A stretch of 64,000 bases of DNA. Source: Selaginella moellendorffii (Eukaryota; Plantae; Lycopodiophyta). How positions within the stretch are numbered: position 1 is the first letter of the stretch; every line of letters begins with the position of its first letter. The DNA lies in assembly GCF_000143415.4 (NCBI RefSeq), contig NW_003314292.1, forward strand, positions 861,325 to 925,324, in the 5' to 3' direction. A program made the translations under genes and the position numbers. Under the pieces are notes generated by a model, which made no database searches, was not told where the DNA came from, and worked only from the letters and a program-made list of their open reading frames with translations. Below, piece after piece: positions 24,574-36,600 of this stretch.

Positions 24574-27121
24574 TGTTATTTTGATATTGATATAAAAGGC
24601 ACGACTCAATGAAATGAAAGATTTTTTTATTAAGACCAATCAAAGAATAGATGCGATCTTTGCTCGTGCGGGTAGACAAGTGTTAGACAACAAGCCCGAG
24701 CTTCCATGTAGCTACCACCAGATTTCTATGTCAGTCTACCGCTCTTAGATTCCACCTTTGGATCGCTGACGAAATTTATCCCCATGGTGCTGCTTTGTTG
24801 ATCACATCCACGCCAGGAGTGCATTCCATAAACGTCTCTTCATGTCGAAGAATACATGTGTGATGCCTTTGATGTACGCATTACAAGCTTTGTCTAGGAA
24901 GAACAGGGACATTGGGTGCTTGTCAGCATAAAGCATAACATCGGCTTCACGTTCAGGATGCTCTTGAAGTATCATGACGAGGAGGCTCTGTTGCAGTTTC
25001 CAAGGTAGTATAAGAATCGTGCTAATATCTGGTTTCGACCATTTAGATGAATTATGTGAGAAATGGAGCTCATTATTCTAGAAGATTTCCATACAACTAG
25101 GACCTTTGGGTTGGGGGTTCGAATCCCCCGAGTGGCGTCTTTGCCTCGTGTTGCATGGCAGCACCTTTTGCAGCTTTGGCATACAGGGGACTGTAGCCTA
25201 CCGACACACGCAACATTCACATTTACTAAATGTACAGATACGTTGTAAGAACGTATTTTCTGCAGGTATGGGGTCCCGAGGTTGACTCTCGGAGCCCTCC
25301 ATTCCAGTCTACGGATGCTCAAGACTAAATACACTACAAGACGAGCTCTCTCGACCATGTTAAACACGAATTTGAACCAACATGAATTGGAACTCTACCC
25401 CTTCTGTGAACAAATGGATATGGCCTTTCACCTTGATCTTGAAGATCCGGGAATTGCTGGAGCAGCACGTCTCGCTGGTGGCACACGGAGTGGTGATCCT
25501 GCTGGAGCTACGTGTACTTCGCGCTGAGCTGCTCAAAGTCGAGCGAGCTCTCGGGAGCCTCGAGCTGCTGAGCTTGCCAAAGATCAAAGAACAAAACTCT
25601 AGAACTTGTTCCAGAAAAATCAAAGAACTACAGGGACGAGATGAGCGCTTCCTTTGGCTGGATCACGGTCTGCTTCCTAGCACGCGTTGTTGGATCTCAG
25701 GGATTCTTCCGGGCTTTCTTCGTGCAGCTCCTTTGAAACTTTGATCCTCTGGAGCCAGACGATTCACCGATGGAAAACTTGGACGGTTGGAAGGCTTTCA
25801 AAGAGATTGCGAGCACACTCGAAACGATCCAGTGGAACTCTGGATCTCACCAACGAGATTGGTCAAGTTCTAAACCTCCAATGCCGCAGCCGCACAGCGA
25901 GCTAAGAGTTCGCCATGTTTAATCTTATTTTGTGTAGGGTGTAGATCCTCCTTTTCGAGGTGGAGCTGCGCTGGATGGCTGCACAGTGAACACGGCATCC
26001 ATATTCGCGGAAGAGCCGATTGTGGAATTGGCTCCTCCCATCCTCTACCCCCCAAGTATTGAAAGATTTGCTGACATCTTCCCAGATCTAAGGATGTTCC
26101 TTCCTTTGGGTATTGATTGACTTGATGGATATAGAATCTCACTCTAGGTACGACTTTGTCAAAGCCATAAAATCCTCAAGCAGCTATGATATTGATTTTG
26201 TTTTGCACACATCTGACATGAGGCTTCAGCGCGCGTTTTTTTTTTCCGAAGCCTTCCTCTAGGGATTGTTTATCACCAAAGAGACCATATCTTCTTCTGT
26301 GTACCTCCACAGCACCCAACCATTTTGAGTTCGCCATTGGAATGCTTGATGGCGAAAATGAGATAGTGCTTAAACACCATTAATGTCTGATCGGCACCTC
26401 AAATACAAGCAAAGACCTCGAGGATCCCACATTACGTTTGCTATACTGTGTTTCGTGCTCCAAAAATCGATCCAACAGTTCAAGAGGTCCAAAGCTATAT
26501 AACTCTGCCAATTTTCTCGTCAAGGCATATAGACATATACATATGTGATCCCAAGGGCGTATGTATACCTTTCTTGCTCCATGATGGAACTATAAGAAAG
26601 GAGAACTTGGCAACAAATGCGTGTACTTTTGGAGACAGCCTCAGGCAAGTGGATAGAAAAGAAATAAGAAAGGTGGCGATGCGCAACCGATGATCATCCC
26701 TTGATTTAGAAACCGTCCGGGCTCTTGTCTGACTAAGGCTCAGTTGTGGCATCTCTTTAAAGCGCGTGAATATATCTTTCTATCTGCTGAGCTATCATCA
26801 CGGGGAAAGAGACTTCGATCGGGAATTTTCCTTTGCACGTCGGCCATGTTTGCTATAATAGGCGAAAGACTATAGGCAAAAGATGGGTTTGGGCAGGCAA
26901 TGTACAGTTGTTCGACTAAGCAAGTTGCAACAAGCTAAGAGAGAGTGACAAGGTTCTTGTTTCTTACTGGTCCTAGTAAAATATTTCTCTTGTATTTTTA
27001 AAATCTTCATATGCGATAAAAGTCCATTACTTTGATCACAATGTAGCTCGTTTTGTCAAACCAACTCACATGTTTTTACTTGTTATAGGCTCGCTTGCTG
27101 CTATCTGTAGAGTTGCTTCTA

Positions 27122-27492
27122 ATGGATTCTAAAGCTCTACAGCTTCTTGTCCTCAGCTTGGTTTCAATTGTCTATTTCCCCAATTGTGGGACTTCTCAGT
27201 GCGATCGAGCTCATCTTCTCAAAGAATGCGTCCCGTGTGTGGCATCTGGCACTGTTCTTGAGCATCCAGACGTCAATTGTTGCAAAGCAGTGAATGTTCT
27301 AGGCCACAATTGCTTGTGTTCACTCATTGTTTCGTCTACTGGTGTTCTTGCCAAAGAAACAATGAAGAGATATGTAGAGTCCTGTCAAGTAGTGCTCCCA
27401 GAGGAGTACCAATGTAAGTTCAATGATCAAAGTGTTTGTAGTCACTAAAATTTGTTATGCTATTGTTCTTTGCAGGTGAAGGCATCATGTAA
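27122..27492 (+). CDS. nsLTP/8CM protein, copy 3
   Basis: Intact near-identical copy. Confidence 0.85.
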
Positions 27493-27716
27493 TATATGTA
27501 TGTATACATATATACTTTCTAGTTATATACGTATTTCTATGCAAGTTGAAATTTCCACCTGTACCATTCTTATTATAAACTAAGACCATTTGGTTCACTA
27601 GATTTTTAGAAAACTTGCACAATTTATCAAAGGCATGGACAAAATTAACTATGGCCTTTTGTATAAATATCAAAACGATTCTCAACATAAAACATCAATT
27701 CATCAATCCATTTTTA

Positions 27717-28298
27717 ATGGCAGCTTCAGTGGTGTTTTGCTTCGTTCTCTGCTCCTTTCTGATTCATGTTAGTGTGGGTTTGCTTGTACAATATGGCTCC
27801 ACCACAGTCGGGAATGGCAACTTCGTCTCATTGAGCAGCACCAGTTCAGCCCCTACAGTTGACATTGAAGGATTTGGGAAGAATGGCACTACTCGTCTCT
27901 TCTCTGTGGTCATGGCAGATCAAAAGGCATTGGTAGCGTCAAATAAAGTTTATCCCTACATCAACTTTTGGATTGCAAACATTCCAGCCGGCAGCACTGG
28001 TAAGTAATATATATTTTGGTTTACAAAACTTTACAAATCATGGTGGCTTGGTACAGGAGCTGTGAAGGACAGCATTTTGGAGCCTTATGTATCTCCTTCC
28101 AACACCAGCAAGAACATTCCATACCCAAATCCATTCAATGCAAGGAACCACACGTATGATTTCGTGCTTGTACCACAGAGGAATCCCTTGGTGAAGCCCA
28201 TGGATAGTCGACTTGTCAACTCACTGGCTGATATCATCCAGCAATACCACTGCGGAAGCCCTCTCCAAACGGTCTCCTTTACGACATCACTCCATTGA
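27717..28298 (+). CDS. Secreted divergent PEBP-like protein, copy 3
   Basis: Intact two-exon copy starting MAASVVFCF. Confidence 0.82.
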
Positions 28299-28718
28299 TG
28301 TTATTTTGATATTGATATAAGAGGCACGACTCAATGAAATGAAAGATTTTTTTCTGAAAACCAATCAAAGAATCGATGCGATCTTTGCTCGTGCGGGTAG
28401 ACTAGTGTTAGATAACAAGCCATGTAGCTACCACCAGAATTCTATGTCAGTCCACCGCGGCCGCATTCTCTTTCCTGGATTGACAAGATTCCACCTTTGG
28501 ATCGCTGCCGGGTAAATTTCCGGGAGACCAAAGAAAATTTGGTCTCCCGCCCAAAATGTTCTTTCTAGCGGGAAATATATGTAGGGCTAAGATTTGAAAA
28601 TATAAACTGGATTGGAGAAATCCACTTAACAATCCATTAACTTTTAAACGAAACCTTTCTCTAAACAAAAATCGTTCTTAGTGGGTGGAATGGAAAAAAA
28701 AAAATTAGCGTGCGTTGT

Positions 28719-31086
28719 TTAGTCGACTTCCTCCATCTTGCTCCCCTCGGCGTCGTTCCCTTCCTCGAGCGGCGGCATCTCAACATCGGCGGCATCGCCA
28801 CTCACATCATCGTCGATGCTCAGCCCCAGCTTGAGCATGCGATGGATCCTGGATCCAAAAGTGTTGGGATCATCCAGGCTGAATCCCGACGTGAGCAGCG
28901 CCGTCTCGAACAGCAGCAGCACCAGATCCTTCACCGCCTTGTCATTCTTGTCCGCGTCCGCCCGCTTCCTCAGCTCCTCCATGATCGTGTTGTCCGGATT
29001 GATCTCCATCGTCTTCTTCGAGCTCATGTAGCTCGACATGGAGCTGTCCCGGAGCGCCTGAGCCTTCATGATCCTCTCCATGTTGGCGGTCCAGCCATAC
29101 TCGCCGGTAACCAGGCAGCACGGCGAATCCACAATCCTGTCCGAGACCACCACCTTCTCAACCTTCTCGCCCAGGATATCCTTCACCACCTTGCACAGCC
29201 CCTCAAACGCCGCCTTCTTCTCCTCGAACTTCTTCTTCTCGTCGTCGGTGTCCTCGAGCTTCAATCCCTCCTTGGTGGCCGAGACGAGCTTCTTGCCATC
29301 GTACTCCTTGAGCTGCCCCACTGCGTACTCGTCGATCGCGTCCACCATATAGAGAACCTCGTACCCCTTGCGCTTGAGCCTCTCCAGGAAGGGAGAGTTC
29401 TCCACCGCCTTCTTGCTTTCGCCGGTGATGTAGAAGATGTCCTTCTGGTTCTCCTTCATCCGGGTCACGTAGTCCTTGAGACTCGTCATCTCGTCGCCGC
29501 TCTTGGTCGAGTGGTAGCGCAGCAAGTCGGCCAGCTTCTGCCGGTTCTGGCTGTCCTCGTGGATCCCCAGCTTGATGTTCTTCGCGAAGGCCTCGTAGAA
29601 CTTGTTGTAGTCCTCCTTGTTCTCTGCGATCTCGGCGAACATCTCCAGGCACTTTTTCACCAGGTTCTTCCGGATCACCTTCAGGATCTTGTTCTGCTGG
29701 AGCATCTCGCGGGAGATGTTGAGCGGCAAGTCGTTCGAGTCCACCACGCCCTTGACGAAGGCCAGGTACTCGGGGATAATCTCCTCGCAGTTGTCCATGA
29801 TGAACACCCGCCTCACGTAGAGCTTGATGTTGTTGAGCTTCTTCCTCGTGTCGAAGAGATCAAAGGGAGCCCTCTTGGGAACGAAGAGGATGGCCCGGAA
29901 CTCTAGCTGCCCCTCCACGGCGAAGTGCTTCACCGCGAGATGGTCCTCCCAGTCGTTGGTCAGGCTCTTGTAGAAGGCCCCATACTCCTCCTTGGTGATC
30001 TCATCGGTCTTCCTCATCCAGATGGGCTTCTGAGTGTTTACGTGGCTCCACTCGTGAGACACCTCCTTCACCGTCTTCTTCTTCTTCTTTTCCTTCTCCT
30101 TCTCTTCATCGACCTCCTCGATCTTCCCCTCCTCGTCATCCTTCTTCTCCTCTTCCTCCTCGTCGTCCGAGATCTCCTTGTCAGTAGTCTTCTCGATCCA
30201 GACGGAGATGGGATAGCTGATAAATTCGGAGTGCTTCTTGATGAGATCCTTGAGCTTCCTCTCTTCAAGGTATTCAAGCTGTGCCAACCAAAATCAGAGT
30301 AACTACTTGTTTCACATCGATGAAATAGAAACGCCTACCTGGTCTTCCTTGAGATAGAGAACAATCTTGGTTCCACGACCCAGCCTCTCAGTGGTATCGC
30401 GAGTCACAGTGAAAGAACCACCGGCCTCAGACTCCCAGATGTACTGCTCGTCATCGTTGTGCTTGGTCGTCACGACAACCTTCTCGGCCACCAGGTACGC
30501 CGAGTAGAACCCAACACCAAACTGACCAATCATCGACACATCGGCGCCGGCAGCCAGAGCCTCCATGAACTCCTTCGTGCCAGACCGGGCGATGGTACCC
30601 AGATTGTTCACGAGATCTAACAAAACAAGCTCGAGTCAGACAAAAATCTAGAAGAAAAGATCTTAGTCTAGAAATCTGGAATTTCTAGAATCTCAAACTC
30701 ACCGGACTTTGTCATCCCGATGCCGCTATCGATGATGCTCAGGGTCTTGCTCGCCTTGTCCGGAACGATGTGGATGAAAAGCTCCGGCTGGCTCTCGAGC
30801 TTGCTCTTGTCAGTCAGCCCTTCGAACCGAATCTTGTCGAGAGCCTGGAAATCGCAGAAAGAACGCAAAGATCGGTGAGAAATCGCAGAAAGAAGGCAAA
30901 GATCGATGAGAATCGCAGTGAAATATCGCCGAACGAGCATCTAACACTCACATCCGAGGCATTGCTGATGAGCTCCCGCAAGAAGATCTCCTTGTTGCTG
31001 TAGAAGGTGTTGATGATGAGACTGAGAAGCTGGTTGATCTCCGCCTGGAAGGCAAAGCGCTCGACATCGCTATCGCTTTCCGCCAT
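28719..31086 (-). CDS. HSP90: Cytosolic heat shock protein 90 (exons 31086-30952, 30844-30703, 30616-30339, 30278-28719)
   Basis: [56 protein letters not shown] and terminal MEEVD. Confidence 0.99.
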
Positions 31087-31129
31087 TGCTCACAAAGCCA
31101 AACTGCGACCTCGGCACAAATAACCCTAG

Positions 31130-31170
31130 CTATATACCAAAGCCGTCCAGTTCTTCTAGAGCCTTCTACA
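31130..31170 (-). promoter_or_regulatory. HSP90 TATA box and heat-shock element
   Basis: Minus strand reads aGAAggCTCtaGAAg (nGAAnnTTCnnGAAn with 1 mismatch) just upstream of tatata, about 45-80 bp before the ATG. Confidence 0.65.
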
Positions 31171-31284
31171 GAGAATATGCCTTACGGGCGCCGGAGGATA
31201 TTCTAAGGAAAGTTTCCCGCCGTTTTTTGGCGGGACCGTTGACTTGGCTAGTCAAGGGTGGTCAAGATCTCTGTTTGAATGAGA

Positions 31285-31630
31285 ATTTCTCACGCACAAA
31301 ATTCTGGGCTGTATGGATCAAGCATCAATTGGAACTCCCAAGATCTCACCCATTTCGATCATCCAATTTGGTCCCTCTCACCCCAAATTCTGGCCTGTCT
31401 GGATCAAGCATGAATTGGAACTCCCAAGAATTCATGAAAAGTGAAGATCATTGCCATTTTCTTTAGTCAATGGTGGCCAAGGTCTTTGTTTGAATGAATT
31501 GGGCGAGATCTTAATTGATGCTTAATCGAAAGCCCAGAATTTGAGCGTGAGAGCGTTCAAATTGGATGATTGAAAAACTGGATGAACGAATGGGAGTTAG
31601 ACAGCCCAGAATTTGGGCGTAAAGAGCGAC
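31285..31630. repeat. Imperfect foldback / MITE-like inverted repeat
   Basis: atcatccaatttg...ccaaattctggcctgtctggatcaagcatgaatt (31358-31417) pairs with aattgatgcttaatcgaaagcccagaattt...caaattggatgat (31513-31570); outer copies at ~31288 and ~31599. Confidence 0.6.
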
Positions 31631-31770
31631 AAATTCCTTATCTTCAACGAAAAGATCATGAGAGTTATGGATGGATTTACAGTGTGAAGTGGAAGCTTAC
31701 AATTTGGGGCTTTCGCAACAGAGAAAGAGAAGTGGATCAAACACTAAACATCCTTAATTGGAATAACATT

Positions 31771-32109
31771 TCAAGGATGCGCTTGGCTTCTCTGGATACA
31801 ATCGAAGTGCCCAGGGAGACGAATTTTACACTTACTGGAGTATGCCTTGATCACTCTATTAGCATTCTTCCCTTTGGTAGCAACCAGCATGCTACACAGG
31901 CAATCCAAGCTGAGGAGCTTGACGGCCTTGCAGCACGATGCGTCTGGGCTGTTCTTCACGGATCCAAACTGGACACAAGGAGCACACGTATCGAAGACTT
32001 GTGCGCGATTACACCTCATGGAATGTGCTCCTGGCGTGGATATGATCAACAAGATCATCACAAGCACCAGGGGGATAAACTTCGCGAAAGAAAGATGGCC
32101 TTTTTCCAT
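31771..32109 (-). CDS. Second nsLTP/8CM paralog (112 aa)
   Basis: Signal MEKGHLSFAKFIPLVLVMILLII; C..C..C..CC..CLC..C..LPGHFDC pattern equivalent to the array LTP; TATA-like ttataag upstream (~32165). Confidence 0.85.
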   Translation of the reverse strand: MEKGHLSFAKFIPLVLVMILLIISTPGAHSMRCNRAQVFDTCAPCVQFGSVKNSPDASCCKAVKLLSLDCLCSMLVATKGKNANRVIKAYSSKCKIRLPGHFDCIQRSQAHP

Positions 32110-32458
32110 TTTGGAAGCTAGAATCACACTTTCTCACTACTGCTGCGATCTCGATTCTTTTTCTTATAAAGCTAGGGATGGATGTTTGCTTCGTGCTGCC
32201 GCAATGATTCAGCTTTACACGATCAACATAAACGCGTCGTGAATCGATCACTTCAAGAACACTTCAAGCAAAGCAGTGCTGTCATGAGCTCGCTACGAGC
32301 TAGCAAATTAGAAATCAGCTGGTAGCTACATGGAAGCTCGGGGTTGGGGATACTCCCAAATAACTTACCTTGTCCAACACTTGTCCACCCGTTATCTTGA
32401 TAACAAAAATCTTTCATTTTATTGAGTCATGCCTTTTATATCAATAAAAGCAATAACA

Positions 32459-33040
32459 TCAATAGAGTGAGGTTGTGAAGGAGACGGTTTGAAGAGGGCT
32501 TCCACAATGGTATTGCTGAATGATATCAGCCAGTGAGTTGACAAGTCGACTATCCATGGGCTTCACCAAGGGATTCCTCTGTGGTACAAGCACGAAATCA
32601 TACGTGTGGTTCCTTGCATTGAATGGATTTGGGTATGGAATGTTCTTGCTGGTGTTGGAAGGAGATACATAAGGCTCCAAAATGCTGCCCTTCACAGCTC
32701 CTGTACCAAGCCACCATGATTTGTAAAGTTTTGTAAACCAAAATATATATTACTTACCAGTGCTGCCGGCTGGAATGTTTGCAACCCAAAAGTTGATGTA
32801 GGGGTAAACTTTATTTGACGCTACCAATGCCTTTTGATCTGCCATGACCACCGAGAAGAGACGAGTAGTGCCATTCTTCCCAAATCCTTCAATGTCAACT
32901 GTAGGGGCAGAATCGGTGCTGCTCAATGAGACGAAGTTGCCATTCCCGACTGTGGTGGAACCATATTGTACAAGCAAACCCACACTAACTTGAACCAGAA
33001 AGAAGCAGAGAACGAAGCAAAACACCACTGAAATTGCCAT
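32459..33040 (-). CDS. Secreted divergent PEBP-like protein, copy 4
   Basis: Intact two-exon copy in inverted orientation. Confidence 0.82.
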
Positions 33041-33279
33041 TAAAAAATGGATTGATGGATTGATGTTTTATTTCTTTGATATTTATACAAAAGGCCATAG
33101 TTAATTCCGTCCATGCCTTTGATAAATTGTGCAAGTTTTCTAAAAATCTAGTGAACCAAATGGTCCTAAGTTTATAATAAGAATGGTATAGGTTGAAATT
33201 AGAAAACACCAAGAACAAACTTGCATATAAATATATAACTAGAAAGTATTTGCATATAAATACGTACATAACTTCCTGA

Positions 33280-33619
33280 TGACTTCACCTGCAAAGAACT
33301 AGTGACTACAAACACTTTGATCATTGAACGTACATTGATTATCCTCTGGGAGTACTACTTGACAAGACTCCACATATCTCTTCATTGTTTCTTTTGCAAA
33401 CAAGAGAAGAAACAATGAGTGAACACAAGCGATTGGGGCCTAGAACATTCACTGCTTTGTAACAATTTACGTCTGGATGCTCAAGAACAGTGCCAGATGC
33501 CACACACGGGACGCATTCTTTGAGAAGATGAGCTCGATTGCACTGAGAAGTCCCATAATTGGGGAAATGGCCAATTGAACCAAGCTGAGGACAAGAAGCT
33601 GTAGTGCTTTAGAATCCAT
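33280..33619 (-). pseudogene. nsLTP copy 4, frameshifted
   Basis: 1-bp deletion in signal region (ttggttcaatt vs ttggtttcaatt) and further deletions near 33400 and in the intron. Confidence 0.8.
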
Positions 33620-36600
33620 TAGAGGCAACTCCATAGGTAGCAGCAAGGAAGCCTAATTCTTAGCTAACAAGTAAAAACATGTGAGTTGGATTGACAAAAC
33701 GAGCTACATTGTGAACAAAGTAATGGACTTTTATCGCATATGAAGAATTTAAGCATACAAGGGAAATATTTTACTAGGGCCAGTAAGAAACAAGATCCTT
33801 ACTTGCTTAGTCGAAGAACTGTACATTGCCTGCTCAAACCCAGCTTTGCATATAGTCTTTTGCCTATTAGCCAAATTGTGAAGGAAAATTAACAATCAGA
33901 GTCTCTTCCCCCATGACAATAGCTCAGCAGATAGATATTCACACATTAATGGTGTTAAGCATTATGTCATTTTCACCATCAAGCATTCCAGTGGCAAGCT
34001 CAAATGGTTGGGTGTTGTGGAGGTATATAGATACAGCAAGTATATATAATGCTAAGAATTAGTAGTTGATCATTAGGGAACAAATAATTAACATTTATTA
34101 TGCCTAACCATATACCAAATGTAGTCTCCCGACAGGATTGTGTGAATACTTTTACTATCAGTGAAAACATTGATTGGTTGCTCAATGTCTTGCCACAAAA
34201 CAAAATTAAAACTAAAATCAAATCCTCAAATTCAAAGAACTTACAAAAGCTAGTATATATAAAATAGTGTCTTCAACTGATTCAATCTTCCTCTTTTTAC
34301 TATTTGTATCACCAATAGTAATCCACTTATATTGCTTTATAATTATTGCAGAAACACTGTTGGAAATGTATTAGTATTAGCAATCTACTATGATTTGTTG
34401 TGAATTATCACAAAACTTACTTCTACCCATGAGACTTGAGCTAGTTGATTAATTTGTCTCCCCTGGATCAGTATGTCATCATAATCATGCTAAGATCAAT
34501 TGCATGTTGGACACCTTTAAAAAAAAGAAAAGGAGACTTTAGAAAAAATAAAATAAAAGTGCATACCTCATCCTCCTTCTTCTAAGTGTAACCTAAGCTA
34601 TAAAATGTGGCCATTTACAATGTTACACCATAATATTTACCTCCAACAAGAATTGTGATGTGCTACACTTCACCATGAAAAACTCAATAGTAACTTGATC
34701 TAGTTATTGCTACTTTAGTGCCCCAAAGATGGGAAGTAGAAAACTTAAATATGTGTGGCTGAAGAAGAAGAATAAATTGAATCCTAGAATGCAAAAAACC
34801 CTAAATTTGTTTTTGAGGGAAGTTTCTCAAATACATTTGAAGTTTCCCACCCATGAAGCTAAAGTTTCCTTTCAAGAGGCATATATTCCTGTTGGGAAGT
34901 ATAAAACAAATATTTCCTGTTAGGAAGATATTTTTCCCATTAGGAGATTTTTTTATCGGGAAAATGTGTATCTATTAGAGTATATTAATTGTTTATATAA
35001 ATAAGGTTTGAAAATTTTTCTTTCTTTATATTTTATAACTACTATGGTAAATCACTTTGTTAGATATAAGGACTTAATAGTTCTCACATCTACATTGTTC
35101 AAATACAAAAAAGAACATGCTAGAGATTGCAAAGAAAGGCTAAGATACTTAACAGCCAATTTAGTAGTTCACTCTTATGAATGTGTTATCGAAGAGTCAG
35201 GATGAAACAAAAGAAATAATGTTGGGTGCAAATAATATTTATAATTTAGTCAAAAACAATAATCTTGAAGAACATTTAGGCCCATCAGGAAACATATCTT
35301 TTCCAATCTAAATTAGATGAAGAAATAACAAACTTGCAAAGTCAATTAAGATTAAATTGTTATAAAAATATAACTTTATCTTACCTTTTACAATATATTA
35401 TCTTTATAGGTGTATAGTAAATGCCCTTATGACCTTGAGGTTCACTTGGGCATTCATGAAAAAAGTTTATGCTAAAGTTGTTCACGAGAGGAAGGTTGAT
35501 TATAAAATTCTAAAAGCATGGACCATTATTCCTGTTAATTGTAATAGAAAAAGACTTTTGGAAGTGGTTAATGAGGAAAACACGCAATAGAGCTATAATA
35601 ACAATATTAACTTGAAGTTAGTCAATAAGGAAAACATGCAATAAAGCCATAATAATAGTGTCGAGTTAGAGTTGGGCAACCTTTCCATCATGTTCATAGT
35701 TGATGAGTGTGCCAAAGTTGTGTAACATCTTTCGAATGGATCTAGCACTTCAACATTAAATCCATATTAACTTTTCTAAAACATTGCAATTGATTCTTCT
35801 GAAACACAAAGAAGTAAAGTTCTTGGACCAAGTGTCAAAGTGATTAAGACGTAGTGTTTTCCAAAAAAAAATTGAAGTGTTATTATCTGCAAAAATTACA
35901 TACTTTCCTAATATAAGTTTATTATTCCTACCAAGGAACTTCCTATTGAACTTAGCTCTCATTGGTGTTTCTAATAAGTAACTTTTCATTAGACTTTGTT
36001 CCTGACAAATAACTTTCTATTAGGTTTTTTTATTAATAATATTTTCATTTGGCAACCTCCCACTGGACTTGTTCCCAATGGTGTTCCTAATGGACCTCAT
36101 TGCATTAGCAATGCATTTGAAGCCCACCCGAATAAACAAGGTTTTTTATAAAATTGTTTCATTTTTTAAATAGATCTTCTGTTAGGAATATTTGATGATT
36201 AAGGCTATTGTTTAAACCCATGTTGCAATTGCTTGAAGAAGCTATGAGGTAAGAGGGAAGGCTCTCAATCTCATCCCTCATATCTACTAATTTAAGAGAA
36301 ATGAAAAAACCAATTTGAGAACAACTATAATTTGATTCCAAGGAGTTATATCAATTCTAAACTTTTATAGTATGAGATGATGGAGGAAATTGTGCATGGC
36401 CTTAGCTACTCAAGGATGCACTTTTATTGAGAGCCACGTAAACACAAATAGTCAAATGTTTACAAATTAAAGGACCCATAGAAGATTTACCAACAATTAA
36501 AGAATCAACATGAAAGCAAATGAGCTTAGATGGGGCATAAGCTATGGTATAACAATTTTTTAACAGTTGACTTAATGGGCTTCACAACACAATACAATGA

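Noticed and set aside
28710-29906. 398-aa + strand ORF and other long ORFs overlapping HSP90
   Set aside because: Antisense or alternate-frame shadows of a gene with high third-position GC; no recognisable motifs.
30848-30920. ~31-bp tandem repeat in HSP90 intron 1
   Set aside because: Ordinary intronic minisatellite with about two units.
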